From the NCBI GenBank assembly GCA_944336625.1, contig CALVLF010000101.1:1029-65028 (forward strand): a stretch of DNA of 64,000 nucleotides, read 5' to 3'. Made by a program: the position numbers and the translations under genes. The DNA is from an uncultured Clostridia bacterium. GTDB taxonomy: Bacteria; Bacillota; Clostridia; Christensenellales; CAG-138. Of this stretch, positions 7,393 to 17,151 are shown piece after piece. The notes beneath the pieces were generated by a model. The model searched no databases, had not been told where the DNA came from, and saw only the letters and a program-made list of their open reading frames with translations. Position 1 is the stretch's first letter, and each line of letters begins with the position of its first letter.

Positions 7393-9621
7393 TTAAGCGC
7401 TGGCGCTATGGCTGCGCTGCCGCACCCGCCTAAGCTGCAGGGCAATGACGCCGATGAGAATAACCAGGCCGATGCTGTCCGTCACAATGCCGGGGATGAT
7501 CATGGCCAGGCCGCCGCCTACGAGAAGGATGCGCTCATACCAGGTGCAACGGTCCTGCACAAAGCCCGTCAAGCCCCCGGACAGGGCATACATGCCCACC
7601 AGGGCCGTACAGGTGCTCAGGATGATATCCCCTACGGAAGAATCGATCATCAGCATCACCGGGTTGAGCACGAAGATGTAGGGCACGATAAAGGCCCCTA
7701 TGGCGATTCGTGTGGCCGTAACCCCCGTTTTAAAGGGGTCGCCCTTGGCGATAGCAGCCCCTGCCATGGCAGCCAGGGCCACCGGCGGCGTAATATCCGC
7801 GATGATGCCAAAGTAGAACACGAACAGGTGGGCGCTCATGATGATGGCCATGGTGGGCTCTGCCAGGCCGTTCATGGATACCAGCACGTTGATCAGCGCC
7901 GAGGCGCAGATGGTAGAGGTGATGAGGTAATTAGCCGTGGTGGGCACGCCCATGCCCAGGACAATGGAGGACAGCATGGTGAAGAACATCAGCAGGAAGA
8001 TATTGTTCCCAGCGATGCTAGCTAGGCCTGTGGCGAATTTCAGGCCGATGCCCGTCAGAGTAACGGTGCCCACGATCATGCCTGCCATGGCGCAGGCAAC
8101 GGCCACGGAAAGGACGCTGCGGGCGCCGCTCTTAAGGGCGTCCATAATGTCCATGGGGTCAAAGCCCAGCTTATCCGCCAGCTTGGGCCCCCGCTTCCAG
8201 TTGATGATAGGCGCCAGGATGAGCCAGAGCACCAGAGACCATACGGCATACTGGGTAAAGCGGATCTCCCCGATGCCAAACTGGGCCAGGAGCCCCGGGA
8301 ACCAGTTGTGGGCCTGCATGCAGGTGAGCATAAGGCCGATGGGGATGAGAGAATACCAACGGATGCTGTGGGCCATGTGGGAAGTAAGGATGGCCCCCAG
8401 GGCGGCATAAGTGGGGGTAGTTTTGCTGGAAAGCATATAGATCATGAAAATCAGGGGCAGAAGCAGGTGGCCCCCCTCGGCCATGACCTTGCCCAGCTTG
8501 GGGATTTCATCCGCAGACATGCCCCTTAGGCCGATCTTGCGGGCCTCATGATGGACGCTAATGAGGATGCCGGAAAAATAGAGGATGGCGGGGATGATGG
8601 CGGATTTAACCACCTCCGCATAGGGGAAGCCCGTAGCGTCCGCCATGAGGAAAGCCGCCGCCCCCATGATGGGGGGCATGAGCTGGCCGCCGGTGGAAGC
8701 CGCCGCCTCCACCGCCCCGGCGAATTCCGGGCTATAGCCCAGCTTTTTCATGGTAGGGATGGTAAAGGAGCCGGAGCCCACCGTATTGGCCACGGAGGAG
8801 CCGGATACGGTCCCTTCCAGGGCGGAGGCGATAACGGCCACCTTGGCCGGGCCGCCCACCCGCTTGCCCGCCAGGGCATTGGCCAGGTCGATGAATAGCT
8901 TGCCCACCCCCGTCTTTTCCAGGAAGGCGCCAAAGAGGATGAACAGGAAGATATAGGTGGAGGATACCCCCAGGGGCGTGCCGAATACGCCGTTGAGGGT
9001 GAAATACATATGGGTGACCACCTGTTTTACGCTGTAGCCCCGGTGCCCAAAGGAGCCGGGGATATATTTGCCGAATACGGCATAGGCCAGGAACAGCAGC
9101 ACGATGATGAGGATGGGCAGACCTACTACCCGGCGGCAGGCTTCCATCAGCAATACCATGCCTACCAGGCCGGCGATGATCTCCACCGTGCCAAAGTTGC
9201 CTACGTTCCGGACGATATATTCATAGTTGAAGGGAATATACAATACGGCGGCCAGCGCCAGCAGGCCCAGGACGATATCATACCAGGCGATCTTATCCTT
9301 TCTAAGATCCCGCCTGGCCGGATAGAGCATATAGACCAGGAAAAGCACAAAGGCCAGGTGTACGGCCCGGAGGACCTGGGGCGGGATGGTCCAGATGCTG
9401 GTGTAGATCTGGAAAAGGGAAAAGGCGATGAGCGTGATGGAGATGATCAGGGCAGGCGGGCCTTTGAGCCGGTTGCGGTAGGCGGCCTCCTTATCGTATT
9501 TCTCCAGAACGGCCTCCGCCTCCAGCCGGGCCCGCTCATCTTCGCTCAGGCCCTCCAGGTTCAGCTCGGGGCTGGGCGGGGGCTGGGGGGCATTTTCTTT
9601 TTTCTTTTTACGTCGTTCCAT
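7393..9621 (-). CDS. TRAP transporter fused permease (TAXI-type, DctQ-DctM fusion)
   Basis: About 742 aa, highly hydrophobic with many TM segments. The N-terminal cytoplasmic K/E-rich tail followed by LKGPPALIISITLIAFSLFQIY is typical of TAXI-associated fused permeases. I prefer the start MERRKKKK (GGGAGG RBS). Confidence 0.9.
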   Translation of the reverse strand: MERRKKKKENAPQPPPSPELNLEGLSEDERARLEAEAVLEKYDKEAAYRNRLKGPPALIISITLIAFSLFQIYTSIWTIPPQVLRAVHLAFVLFLVYMLYPARRDLRKDKIAWYDIVLGLLALAAVLYIPFNYEYIVRNVGNFGTVEIIAGLVGMVLLMEACRRVVGLPILIIVLLFLAYAVFGKYIPGSFGHRGYSVKQVVTHMYFTLNGVFGTPLGVSSTYIFLFILFGAFLEKTGVGKLFIDLANALAGKRVGGPAKVAVIASALEGTVSGSSVANTVGSGSFTIPTMKKLGYSPEFAGAVEAAASTGGQLMPPIMGAAAFLMADATGFPYAEVVKSAIIPAILYFSGILISVHHEARKIGLRGMSADEIPKLGKVMAEGGHLLLPLIFMIYMLSSKTTPTYAALGAILTSHMAHSIRWYSLIPIGLMLTCMQAHNWFPGLLAQFGIGEIRFTQYAVWSLVLWLILAPIINWKRGPKLADKLGFDPMDIMDALKSGARSVLSVAVACAMAGMIVGTVTLTGIGLKFATGLASIAGNNIFLLMFFTMLSSIVLGMGVPTTANYLITSTICASALINVLVSMNGLAEPTMAIIMSAHLFVFYFGIIADITPPVALAAMAGAAIAKGDPFKTGVTATRIAIGAFIVPYIFVLNPVMLMIDSSVGDIILSTCTALVGMYALSGGLTGFVQDRCTWYERILLVGGGLAMIIPGIVTDSIGLVILIGVIALQLRRVRQRSHSASA

Positions 9622-9798
9622 GTGGTTTCCTCCCAATGCGATGTTGCTGGGCCGCCAGGAACCGGCCCATAGGCTGGGGAAAAAGGGAGATTCTATCCCT
9701 TCCCCGGGTTTGGGCGGCCCAAAGCGGCCGCAGCCGGAAGCAATCTCCTTTGGCGGCCCCGCCCAGGGGCTTGCGCCCCTCCTGAAAAGGGGCGGCCC

Positions 9799-10326
9799 CT
9801 AGCCGGCCCCCAGGAGGCAATCGAGCAGGCTGGCCCTCTCCACGCCCAGGCGGACAAAGGTCCCCGCAGGCGCCAGCTCCAGAAGCCGCCTTTCCCCGCC
9901 CCGGTACAGGAGCCGCTGGTCCGGCACCTCCTGCAAAAGGATGGGAATGCTATCCTGCTTTTTGTCAATATCCGAAAGAAGAAATCCCTCCGGCGTATTT
10001 TCGAAGCTGCCCCCAATTCCATCTGCCAGCACCGGCATCCCCCAGCCATAGGCGGAAAACAGGGTGCTTTCCAATACCAGGCTCCCGCCGGATACCCGCA
10101 GGGTATCGGTGACGGGGGTCAGGTTGACGGAATGGGTATAGCAGAGGGCAATGGTCTCCCCTTCCCGAAGGGGAAGCAGAAGGAGCCGTTCCCCCGTCCG
10201 CCCGTTCCGCAGAACAAGGGCCGGAAACAATGGCAGGCAAAGGGCCAGGGCAAGGGCCAGAATGAGGGCCGGGAGCAGGAGACGGCGCCCCCTGCTTCCC
10301 AGTAAGTTTTTGCGCAATGGCTTCAT
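9799..10326 (-). CDS. DUF1850 domain protein (TAXI-TRAP accessory)
   Basis: 175 aa with an N-terminal TM or signal segment. It sits between the TAXI binding protein and the fused permease, which is the conserved position of DUF1850. Motif YTHSVNLTPV. Confidence 0.75.
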   Translation of the reverse strand: MKPLRKNLLGSRGRRLLLPALILALALALCLPLFPALVLRNGRTGERLLLLPLREGETIALCYTHSVNLTPVTDTLRVSGGSLVLESTLFSAYGWGMPVLADGIGGSFENTPEGFLLSDIDKKQDSIPILLQEVPDQRLLYRGGERRLLELAPAGTFVRLGVERASLLDCLLGAG

Positions 10327-10338
10327 CCGAAGGATGGC

Positions 10339-11385
10339 TTACTCGATGGTAATCCCCTGTTCTTCATAGTAGCGCAGGGCGCCGGGATGGAAGGGAACGG
10401 TAATGCCGTCCGCTACTTTGTTGATATCCAGGTCGTTGCCCCGGGCATGGCCGGCAGCCAGCTCATCCTGGTGCTCGAAGAGGGCTTTGGTGATCTGATA
10501 GGCGACCTCCTCATCCATATCCTCGGTGCAGGCCAGGGTAGCGATAATGGCTACGCTCTCCGCCTCTGCATCCCCGTAAACATCCGCGCCGATGGTGGTG
10601 CGGGCATAGAAGGGGTATTGGGCGATGAGGGCATCCGCCGTTTCCCCGCCGATGGGCACCACCACGATATCCGTGGTATTGGCCAGCTCCACAATGGCCG
10701 TATTGGGCAGGGCGGAGGTAGCGAAGGCCGCGTCCACCGTGCCGTTCTGCATGGCGGTGGAAGCATCGGAGAAGCTCAGGTACTGTACATCAAAGTCGTC
10801 ATAGCTCAGGCCAGCCGCCTCCAGGATCTGCTTGGCATTCACTTCAGAGCCGGAGCCCGCGTCTCCCACGCAGACCCGCTTGCCCTTCAGGTCCTGGATG
10901 GAAGTAATGTTGGAGGATTCCAGGGCCACCAGCTGGATCACCTCCGGATACATGCCGGCAATGGCCCGCAGCTTGGGCATAGCCCCGTCCTCCGCCATGG
11001 AATCCGTGCCGGAATAGGCATAGCCCAGCACGTCGTTCTGGAGGATGGCCAGCTCCGCCTCGCCGTTGTTCAAAGAGCGGGCGTTGGCAGCGGAAGCGCC
11101 AGAGGTGGTGGCAGTTACCTCCAGATTATTCACGTTGGCAGTGAGCACGTTGGCAAGAACGCCGCCCAGGGAATAATAGGTGCCTGCATCGCCGCCGGTC
11201 ACCATGAGCAGCCGCTGGAGGCTGGCGATTCCCTCGCCGGTGGCCGCGGAATCCGTAGCAGCAGTATCCGCAGCAGCGGTATCCGCAGCGGCAGTATCCG
11301 CTTCCTGGCCGCAGGCAACGGCGCTGAGGGCCAGCAGGCCGATCAGCAGGAGGGACAGCAGCTTTTTCATAGCAGTGTGTTTCAT
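10339..11385 (-). CDS. TAXI-family TRAP transporter solute-binding lipoprotein
   Basis: Lipoprotein signal LLALSAVAC|G. The mature part, TGGDAGTYYSLGGVLANVL...VCVGDAGSGSE, is typical of TAXI/Imp proteins. I prefer the start MKHTAMKK (GGAGGAG RBS). Confidence 0.9.
   Translation of the reverse strand: MKHTAMKKLLSLLLIGLLALSAVACGQEADTAAADTAAADTAATDSAATGEGIASLQRLLMVTGGDAGTYYSLGGVLANVLTANVNNLEVTATTSGASAANARSLNNGEAELAILQNDVLGYAYSGTDSMAEDGAMPKLRAIAGMYPEVIQLVALESSNITSIQDLKGKRVCVGDAGSGSEVNAKQILEAAGLSYDDFDVQYLSFSDASTAMQNGTVDAAFATSALPNTAIVELANTTDIVVVPIGGETADALIAQYPFYARTTIGADVYGDAEAESVAIIATLACTEDMDEEVAYQITKALFEHQDELAAGHARGNDLDINKVADGITVPFHPGALRYYEEQGITIE
11251..11301. repeat. 15-bp tandem repeat (about 3.4 copies) inside the TAXI gene
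   Basis: The sequence atccgtagcagcagt / atccgcagcagcggt / atccgcagcggcagt / atccgc encodes the (ADTAA)n linker just after the lipobox cysteine. Confidence 0.85.
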
Positions 11386-11680
11386 GTGTTTCTCCTCCAC
11401 GTTTATTTTTATTTTATCCGGCATCCGCCCCAAGGATAAGATAATCCCGGGAGCAGATGATCCTTTTATAGAAAAGCAGGTTTTCTTTAAGAATTGGTTG
11501 GATACGCGTATACAGTAAAAAATATGATTATAGCATACCCGTTTTCCGCTTAACTTTCAAGTAGTTTTGCAATATATCCCTTCCATGGGCTATAATGGGG
11601 GCAGCGGTGTCCCTTCCGGCCCGCCACAAAAGGGCCGAAGGCCCCCTTTTTCATCTTGCATCCAGGGAAGAGAGGCTACC

Positions 11681-14600
11681 ATGTATACGGCAGATCTGCA
11701 TATTCATTCCAAATATTCCCGGGCCACCAGCCAGGATTGCGACGGGCCCCATCTGGAGCTATGGGCCCGGTATAAGGGAATAAGCCTGCTGGGCACCGGG
11801 GATTTTACCCACCCTGCCTGGCGGCAGGAGCTGGAAGCATGCCTGGAGGAAGCGGAGGAGGGGCTTTATACCTTAAAAGAAGCCTTCCGCCTGCCGGAGG
11901 GCCCCCGGGAAACCCTGCCCCGCTTCGTGGTCAGCGGGGAGGTGAGCTGCATTTATAAGCGCCATGGGAAGACCCGCAAGGTCCATAACCTCATCCTCCT
12001 TCCCGGCCTGGAGGCGGCGGACCGGCTTTCCGCCCGGCTGGAAATCCTGGGGAATATCCGCTCCGACGGCCGCCCCATCCTGGGGCTGGATAGCCGGGAC
12101 TTGCTGGAAGTCACCCTGGAAGCCTGCCCGGAGGCCATCTTCATTCCCGCCCATATCTGGACCCCCCATTTCTCCATATTCGGGGCTTTTTCCGCCTTTT
12201 CCTCGGTAGAGGAATGCTTCGGAGATCTAAGCCCCCATATCCGGGCTCTGGAAACGGGCCTTTCTGCTGACCCGCCCATGCTCTGGCGGGTCAGCGGGCT
12301 GGATGGCTATACCCTCCTCTCCCATTCCGATGCCCATTCCCCCAGCAAACTGGCCCGGGAGGCCGATTTGCTGGATGCCCCCCTGTCCTACCCGGGCCTG
12401 CGCCAGGCTCTTACAGAAGGGACAGGCTTTCTGGGGACGCTGGAATTCTTCCCGGAAGAAGGCAAGTATCATTTGGATGGCCACCGGGCCTGCGGCGTAT
12501 GCCTTACGCCGGCGGAAGCGGAGGCGCTGGGCGGGATCTGTCCCGTCTGCGGGAAGAAGCTCACCATCGGCGTGGAGCACCGGGCCCTGGAACTGGCGGA
12601 TAGGCCCCAGGGCTTCCAGCCCCCGGGGGCAAAGCCCTTTGCAAGCATCATGCCCCTTATGGAGGTGCTGGGGGAAAGCCTGGGCCTTTCCCCCGCTTCC
12701 AAGGGAATCCAGCGGGCCTACTTTTCCCTGCTGGAAGCCCTGGGGCCGGAGCTCTATATTCTGCGGGAGGCTCCTCTGGAGGAAATCGGCCGGTCGGCCG
12801 GGCCTCTGTTGGCAGAGGGGATTCGCCGCCTGCGGGCGGGGGAGGTAAAGCGGCAGCCGGGCTTTGATGGCCAGTATGGCAAGATCTCCCTCTTCGCCCC
12901 GGAGGAGCGGGAAGCTTTCGGCGGGCAGACGGCCCTTCTGGATTTATCCGCCCTGGCAAAGAAAAGGGAAAAGGCCTTCCCCGCCCCTTCCCTGCCCAAG
13001 GCACCTTCCCCGGCGGAGGCGGAAACCCCCACCGGCCCGGCCCCCGGCCCCAACCCCCGCCAGCTGGCCGCCATAGAGAGCGATGCCCCGGCCCTGGGGG
13101 TGGTGGCCGGGCCGGGCACGGGTAAAACCAGCACCCTGGTGGACCGTATCCTGTACCTCATACAGAAAAAAGGGGTGTCCCCCCGGGAGATCACGGCGGT
13201 CACCTTTACCAACCTGGCAGCCCAGGAGCTGCAAAGCCGCATCCGGGCCGCCCTAGGGCCCCGGGAAGCCCGAGGCCTTACAGCCGGCACCTTTCACAGC
13301 ATCAGCCTGGGCCTGCTCCCTGCAAAGCCCCTTCTGGGCCGGCAGGAAGCCCTGGGGCTGCTGGCGCCCATCCTGGCCCGGGAAGGCTATGACCTTTCCC
13401 CCGCCCAGGCCCTGGAGGGCATCAGCCGCCGCAAGGCCGGGCTGGAGTCCCCGCTGCCGGAAGGCTTATATGAAGCCTATGAAGCCGCCTGCCAGGAGCG
13501 GGGCTGCCGGGATCTGGACGGCCTGCTGCTGGAAGCCCTAAAGCAGGATGCAGCCGGCCACCGGGCTTTTACCCACCTGCTGGTGGATGAATTTCAGGAT
13601 ATCAACCCGGTGCAGCGCAGGCTGGTATGCCACTGGATGCAGCCCGGCGGCAGCCTTTTCGTCATTGGGGATCCGGATCAATCCATCTATGGCTTCCGGG
13701 GGGCCAGCGCCGCCTGCTTTGCCGAGCTGAAAGCCCAGGTTCCCTGCCTGTCCATTCTCACATTGGAAGAAAATTACCGCTCCACCCCCCAGATTGTGGA
13801 AGCGGCTACCGGCCTGCTTCAGGCAGGGGATGGCCGGCCCCGGCCCCTACGGCCCTGCCGGTCCGGGGGCGTGCCCCTGCGCTTTCTCATGGCCCCTACC
13901 CCCTTTGAGGAAGCCCTGTGGATCGCCAAGGAAATCAGCCGCCTGGCCGGGGGGCTGGATATGCTGGAAGCCGCCGGGGGAGAAAAGCCCCGGGCCTTTG
14001 AAGAGATGGCCATCCTCTGCCGTACCCACCGGCAGCTGGATTTGATCGAAAGCTGCCTGCGGCACGACAGCATCCCCTGCGTAATCCGCGGCCGGGAGGA
14101 TTATCTGCTGGACCCGGCAGTAGAGGGGGCCCTGGGATTTTTCCGCGCGCTCCTGCAGCCGGAGGATACCCCAGGGCTGGTGGCCTGCCTTTCTCATGTA
14201 TGGAACTGCCCGGCGGACCTTATAGAGCAGGCAGCCCGGGTGTATGCTTCCATGCAATCGCCAGACCCGGATGCCCTCCGTGAAAGCCTGGGGGATTCCG
14301 GCCACCTGTCCCTGTGGCTGGAAGAAGTGGCGGCCTATGGGCCCCGGATAAAAAAAGAGAAGCCCCGGCGGCTTTTCCTGGATTGGGCCAAGGACCATGG
14401 CCCTAGCCTGGCCCTGGATAAGCTGGCCAGCGCCGCCGCCTTCCACGATACCCTGGCGGACTTCCTCCTGGCCCTTTATGTGGGGGAAGAGGGGGATCTG
14501 CGCCGGGCCTCTGGTAAGGCCTATGCTTCCGGCGCCGTCCAGCTCATGACCCTCCATGGGGCCAAGGGGTTGGAATTCCCCCTGGTGTTCCTGGCTGGCT

Positions 14601-14812
14601 TGCAGGAGGGGATGCTCCCCCTCTGCCGTCCTGGCCTCCCAGAGGATATAGAGGAGGAGCGGCGTCTTCTTTACGTAGGCATGACCCGGGCCAAGGAGGC
14701 CCTCATCCTGACGGGCAGCGGCCAGCCCTCCTCCTTTGCTAAGGACCTGCCCCTTTCTCCCCTGCCCCTTCCCCGCCGGGCCCGGCAGGGGGAGCAGCTT
14801 TCCTTTTTCTAA
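11681..14812 (+). CDS. Fusion protein: N-terminal PHP-domain endonuclease Q-like module plus C-terminal UvrD/PcrA-type superfamily-1 helicase
   Basis: N-terminal part: MYTADLHIHSKYSRATS...GTGDFTHPAW...HIWTPHFS...SHSDAHSP, plus the zinc finger CGVC...CPVCG (TIGR00375/EndoQ-like). C-terminal part carries helicase motifs AGPGTGKT (I), LLVDEFQDIN (II), FVIGDPDQSIYGFRGA (III), YRSTPQI (IV), MTLHGAKGLEFP (V) and VGMTRAKEAL (VI). Start chosen at ATG 11681 (RBS GGGAAGAGAGG). Confidence 0.85.
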   Translation: MYTADLHIHSKYSRATSQDCDGPHLELWARYKGISLLGTGDFTHPAWRQELEACLEEAEEGLYTLKEAFRLPEGPRETLPRFVVSGEVSCIYKRHGKTRKVHNLILLPGLEAADRLSARLEILGNIRSDGRPILGLDSRDLLEVTLEACPEAIFIPAHIWTPHFSIFGAFSAFSSVEECFGDLSPHIRALETGLSADPPMLWRVSGLDGYTLLSHSDAHSPSKLAREADLLDAPLSYPGLRQALTEGTGFLGTLEFFPEEGKYHLDGHRACGVCLTPAEAEALGGICPVCGKKLTIGVEHRALELADRPQGFQPPGAKPFASIMPLMEVLGESLGLSPASKGIQRAYFSLLEALGPELYILREAPLEEIGRSAGPLLAEGIRRLRAGEVKRQPGFDGQYGKISLFAPEEREAFGGQTALLDLSALAKKREKAFPAPSLPKAPSPAEAETPTGPAPGPNPRQLAAIESDAPALGVVAGPGTGKTSTLVDRILYLIQKKGVSPREITAVTFTNLAAQELQSRIRAALGPREARGLTAGTFHSISLGLLPAKPLLGRQEALGLLAPILAREGYDLSPAQALEGISRRKAGLESPLPEGLYEAYEAACQERGCRDLDGLLLEALKQDAAGHRAFTHLLVDEFQDINPVQRRLVCHWMQPGGSLFVIGDPDQSIYGFRGASAACFAELKAQVPCLSILTLEENYRSTPQIVEAATGLLQAGDGRPRPLRPCRSGGVPLRFLMAPTPFEEALWIAKEISRLAGGLDMLEAAGGEKPRAFEEMAILCRTHRQLDLIESCLRHDSIPCVIRGREDYLLDPAVEGALGFFRALLQPEDTPGLVACLSHVWNCPADLIEQAARVYASMQSPDPDALRESLGDSGHLSLWLEEVAAYGPRIKKEKPRRLFLDWAKDHGPSLALDKLASAAAFHDTLADFLLALYVGEEGDLRRASGKAYASGAVQLMTLHGAKGLEFPLVFLAGLQEGMLPLCRPGLPEDIEEERRLLYVGMTRAKEALILTGSGQPSSFAKDLPLSPLPLPRRARQGEQLSFF

Positions 14813-15304
14813 GGCCCAAGGGAAATACAGCTCTTTCCACCGGCAAGCGGCGAGGGGGGGAACGGCCCCGCCCGCTTCCCGCCTCCTCCGCCCCCTCCGG
14901 ATCTACACCCCGGCATAAGGCGCAGGCAACCGCCCTATAAGGGCCCCTATGCTGAAACATGTTTCCCTTTAATTTGTGCGGCGGCCGTATCCCTCCCTTG
15001 CCGGGCAAAAGGCGGCAGCTTTGGGGCAGAACCATCTTCCCCGCGCCCTAATAGAGCGCTATGAGAGCGCCTGGGCTTAGATAGAATGGGCCCTTTTGCA
15101 GCCGTTTTTCTGCTCTGCTCTTGCGAAGCAGCGCTCCTTCCTATACAATGAGAGTATACAAGTCTATAATTGGGGCTGCTGCCATGTTTTTGCCATAATT
15201 AACGGATTATTAAAACCTTATACACATTTTCCGCTGAGAAAAAGGGTACAATAGAATCGCACAGGGATCATACCCGCAAGAGCATGTTTTAAGGAGGGAT
15301 TATC

Positions 15305-16489
15305 GTGAACAGAAAACTTTACAGGGCATTGGCTCTGGCCCTGGCCCTGGCCTTCGTGCTGAGCATGGCAGGGGTAGCCCTGGCTGACGCTACCTTCAGC
15401 GCCTCTTCCGGCACGGCTTACGCCACCGAGGCCGTCAACGTCCGCTCCGGCCCCGGCACCAGCTACAGCGTGCTGGGTTACCTGAGCCGCGGCGAAAAGG
15501 TCACCATTACCGGTACCGTCAGCAACGGCTGGACCCAGATCCGGCTGCCCGGCGGCTATTATGGTTATGTGAGCAGCGCCTATCTGAGCCGCTCTTACCC
15601 CACCGGCGGCAGCACCATCATCACCCCCTCGGGGGATCGCTATAAGGTTACCGCCGGCGCCCTGAACGTACGCCGAGGCCCTGGTACCAACTATAGCGTC
15701 GTTGCCGTGCTGGATAAAGGGGATATCGTTACCCGCATCGGCCAGAGCGGCAAATGGTTTAAAGTAGCCACCTCTGACGGTTCCGATGCCTGGGTATCCT
15801 CCAAGTATCTGGCCAGCGTCAGCGATACCGTGGTCGTTCCTGGGGGTACCACTACCATGTATGCCACCACCGGCGTCAACGTCCGCTCCGGCCCCAGCAC
15901 CAACTACAGCATCGTAGGCGGTCTGGAGCGGGGGGATAAAGTGACCCGTACCGGCACCAGCGGCAACTGGACCCGTATTTCCTGGGGCAATGGCAGCGCC
16001 TATGTATTCAGCAAATACCTCCAGACCAGCCCTATCAGCGGCGGAAATAACTGGACCTCCGGCAGCACCTATACCCGCTATACCACCACCCTGCTCAACA
16101 TCCGCTCCGGCCCCAGCACCAGTTATTCCATTGTAGGCACCGTGAGCAAGGGCCAGCCCCTTTCCTGCGTAGGTACCAGCGGCAACTGGACCAAGATCGT
16201 CTGGGGCAGCGGCTATGCCTATGCTTACACCAGCTACCTCACCAGCAGCCCTTACTATGGCAATATCTGGGGCAGCAGCCAGGATGTAATCTTTGGCAGC
16301 AACCGGGTCATGATGCAGACCTCGGCCCCCATCTATACCATTGCTAATTCCAGCTCCATGTACTATGTGCAAACCCTGCCTGCGGGAACCCGGGCCACCC
16401 TGCTGGCCATGAACGATGGCTGGGCCAAGATCCTCTACAATAACCAGGTCTATTATACCTGGGGCAGCAACCTGGCTTACGCAGATTAA
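15305..16489 (+). CDS. Secreted protein with five SH3b (bacterial SH3) repeats
   Basis: GTG start with AAGGAGGGA RBS. Signal peptide MNRKLYRALALALALAFVLSMAGVALA. Five repeats of the type (V/L)N(V/I)R(S/R)GPxTxYSxxGxxxxGxxV...W. No catalytic domain is recognisable. Confidence 0.85.
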   Translation: MNRKLYRALALALALAFVLSMAGVALADATFSASSGTAYATEAVNVRSGPGTSYSVLGYLSRGEKVTITGTVSNGWTQIRLPGGYYGYVSSAYLSRSYPTGGSTIITPSGDRYKVTAGALNVRRGPGTNYSVVAVLDKGDIVTRIGQSGKWFKVATSDGSDAWVSSKYLASVSDTVVVPGGTTTMYATTGVNVRSGPSTNYSIVGGLERGDKVTRTGTSGNWTRISWGNGSAYVFSKYLQTSPISGGNNWTSGSTYTRYTTTLLNIRSGPSTSYSIVGTVSKGQPLSCVGTSGNWTKIVWGSGYAYAYTSYLTSSPYYGNIWGSSQDVIFGSNRVMMQTSAPIYTIANSSSMYYVQTLPAGTRATLLAMNDGWAKILYNNQVYYTWGSNLAYAD

Positions 16490-16511
16490 GCCGGGCGGCA
16501 TCTGAAACGCC

Positions 16512-16541
16512 GGGGCATGCCAATGGGCATGCCCCTTTTTT
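16512..16541 (+). terminator. Rho-independent terminator
   Basis: GGGGCATGC-caatgg-GCATGCCCC followed by TTTTTT. It begins 23 nt after the SH3b gene stop. Confidence 0.75.
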
Positions 16542-16562
16542 GCCCCCTTCCTTCCTCCCTTA

Positions 16563-16830
16563 GCCTGGCCCCCGGGTCCTGCGCGGACGGCGATAGCGCG
16601 CGCGAACGTTGGCGGAAAACGATGGTTAGAGCCCGCGTCTTTTCTTAAGCGCCGCCCGGCCCCGTAGATTATGGGGCCGGGCTTTCGCCGGAGGCTGAAA
16701 GAAGCCTTCGTGGAAATAGGCAAGGTGGGGCGGCGGGTGCGCGGAGCGCACACAAAGGAAGGGCCGGGGCTTTGCCCCGGCCCTTCCTTTGGTTTGGCGG
16801 CCCTTCGGGCCGCCAAACGCCGCCGCCCTC
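16563..16830. repeat. Modular multi-hairpin repeat locus R2 (T-H-cassette A, forward orientation)
   Basis: T about 16563-16650, H 16651-16685, cassette A 16727-16828. A GC-rich tail with weaker similarity continues to about 16960. Confidence 0.9.
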
Positions 16831-17151
16831 CCCGCCGGGAGCCGAAGGCAAAAGTCCTCTTGCAAAGGGTTGCCATTAGGCCGAAGCGCCGCGGGAGCGC
16901 TCCCCCCGCTTCCACCCATAAAAGCCATTCGGGCGTCAGAAGCGCAAGAGCCCGGCACAGCCGTGCTTTGCCTGTATAGCCCTGGCCATTTTTGCGAAAG
17001 GGCGAAGCCCTGCCGGAGGCATATCGGGGTAGCGCCCCCGCCAGGGGTATGCTATAATGATTTTAGCAATTCCTTTTTCTGCCCTTCGTGTACAAGGGTA
17101 TCTTCTTATCCAGAACATTTCCAAAACATTCTGAAAGAAAGGACCTTTCTT

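Noticed and set aside
9637-9798. Additional copy of the repeat family between DUF1850 and the TRAP permease
   Set aside because: It contains short GC hairpins and a TTTGGCGGCCCC fragment resembling cassette hairpin 3. There is no colinear match to blocks T, H, G or the full cassette, so the similarity is too weak to call.
11567-11680. Upstream extension of the EndoQ-UvrD ORF (track start 11567)
   Set aside because: The conserved PHP N-terminus (MYTADLHIHS) starts at 11681 with its own RBS. The extra 38 codons are G/P/S-rich with no conservation signal.
15218-16915. 565-aa ORF on the minus strand, the second-longest ORF in this part of the track
   Set aside because: It is antisense to the well-supported SH3b gene. 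Its composition is G/A/P-rich low complexity with no recognisable domain. It runs on through the terminator and into repeat R2, and it lacks an RBS. This is a typical high-GC antisense artefact.
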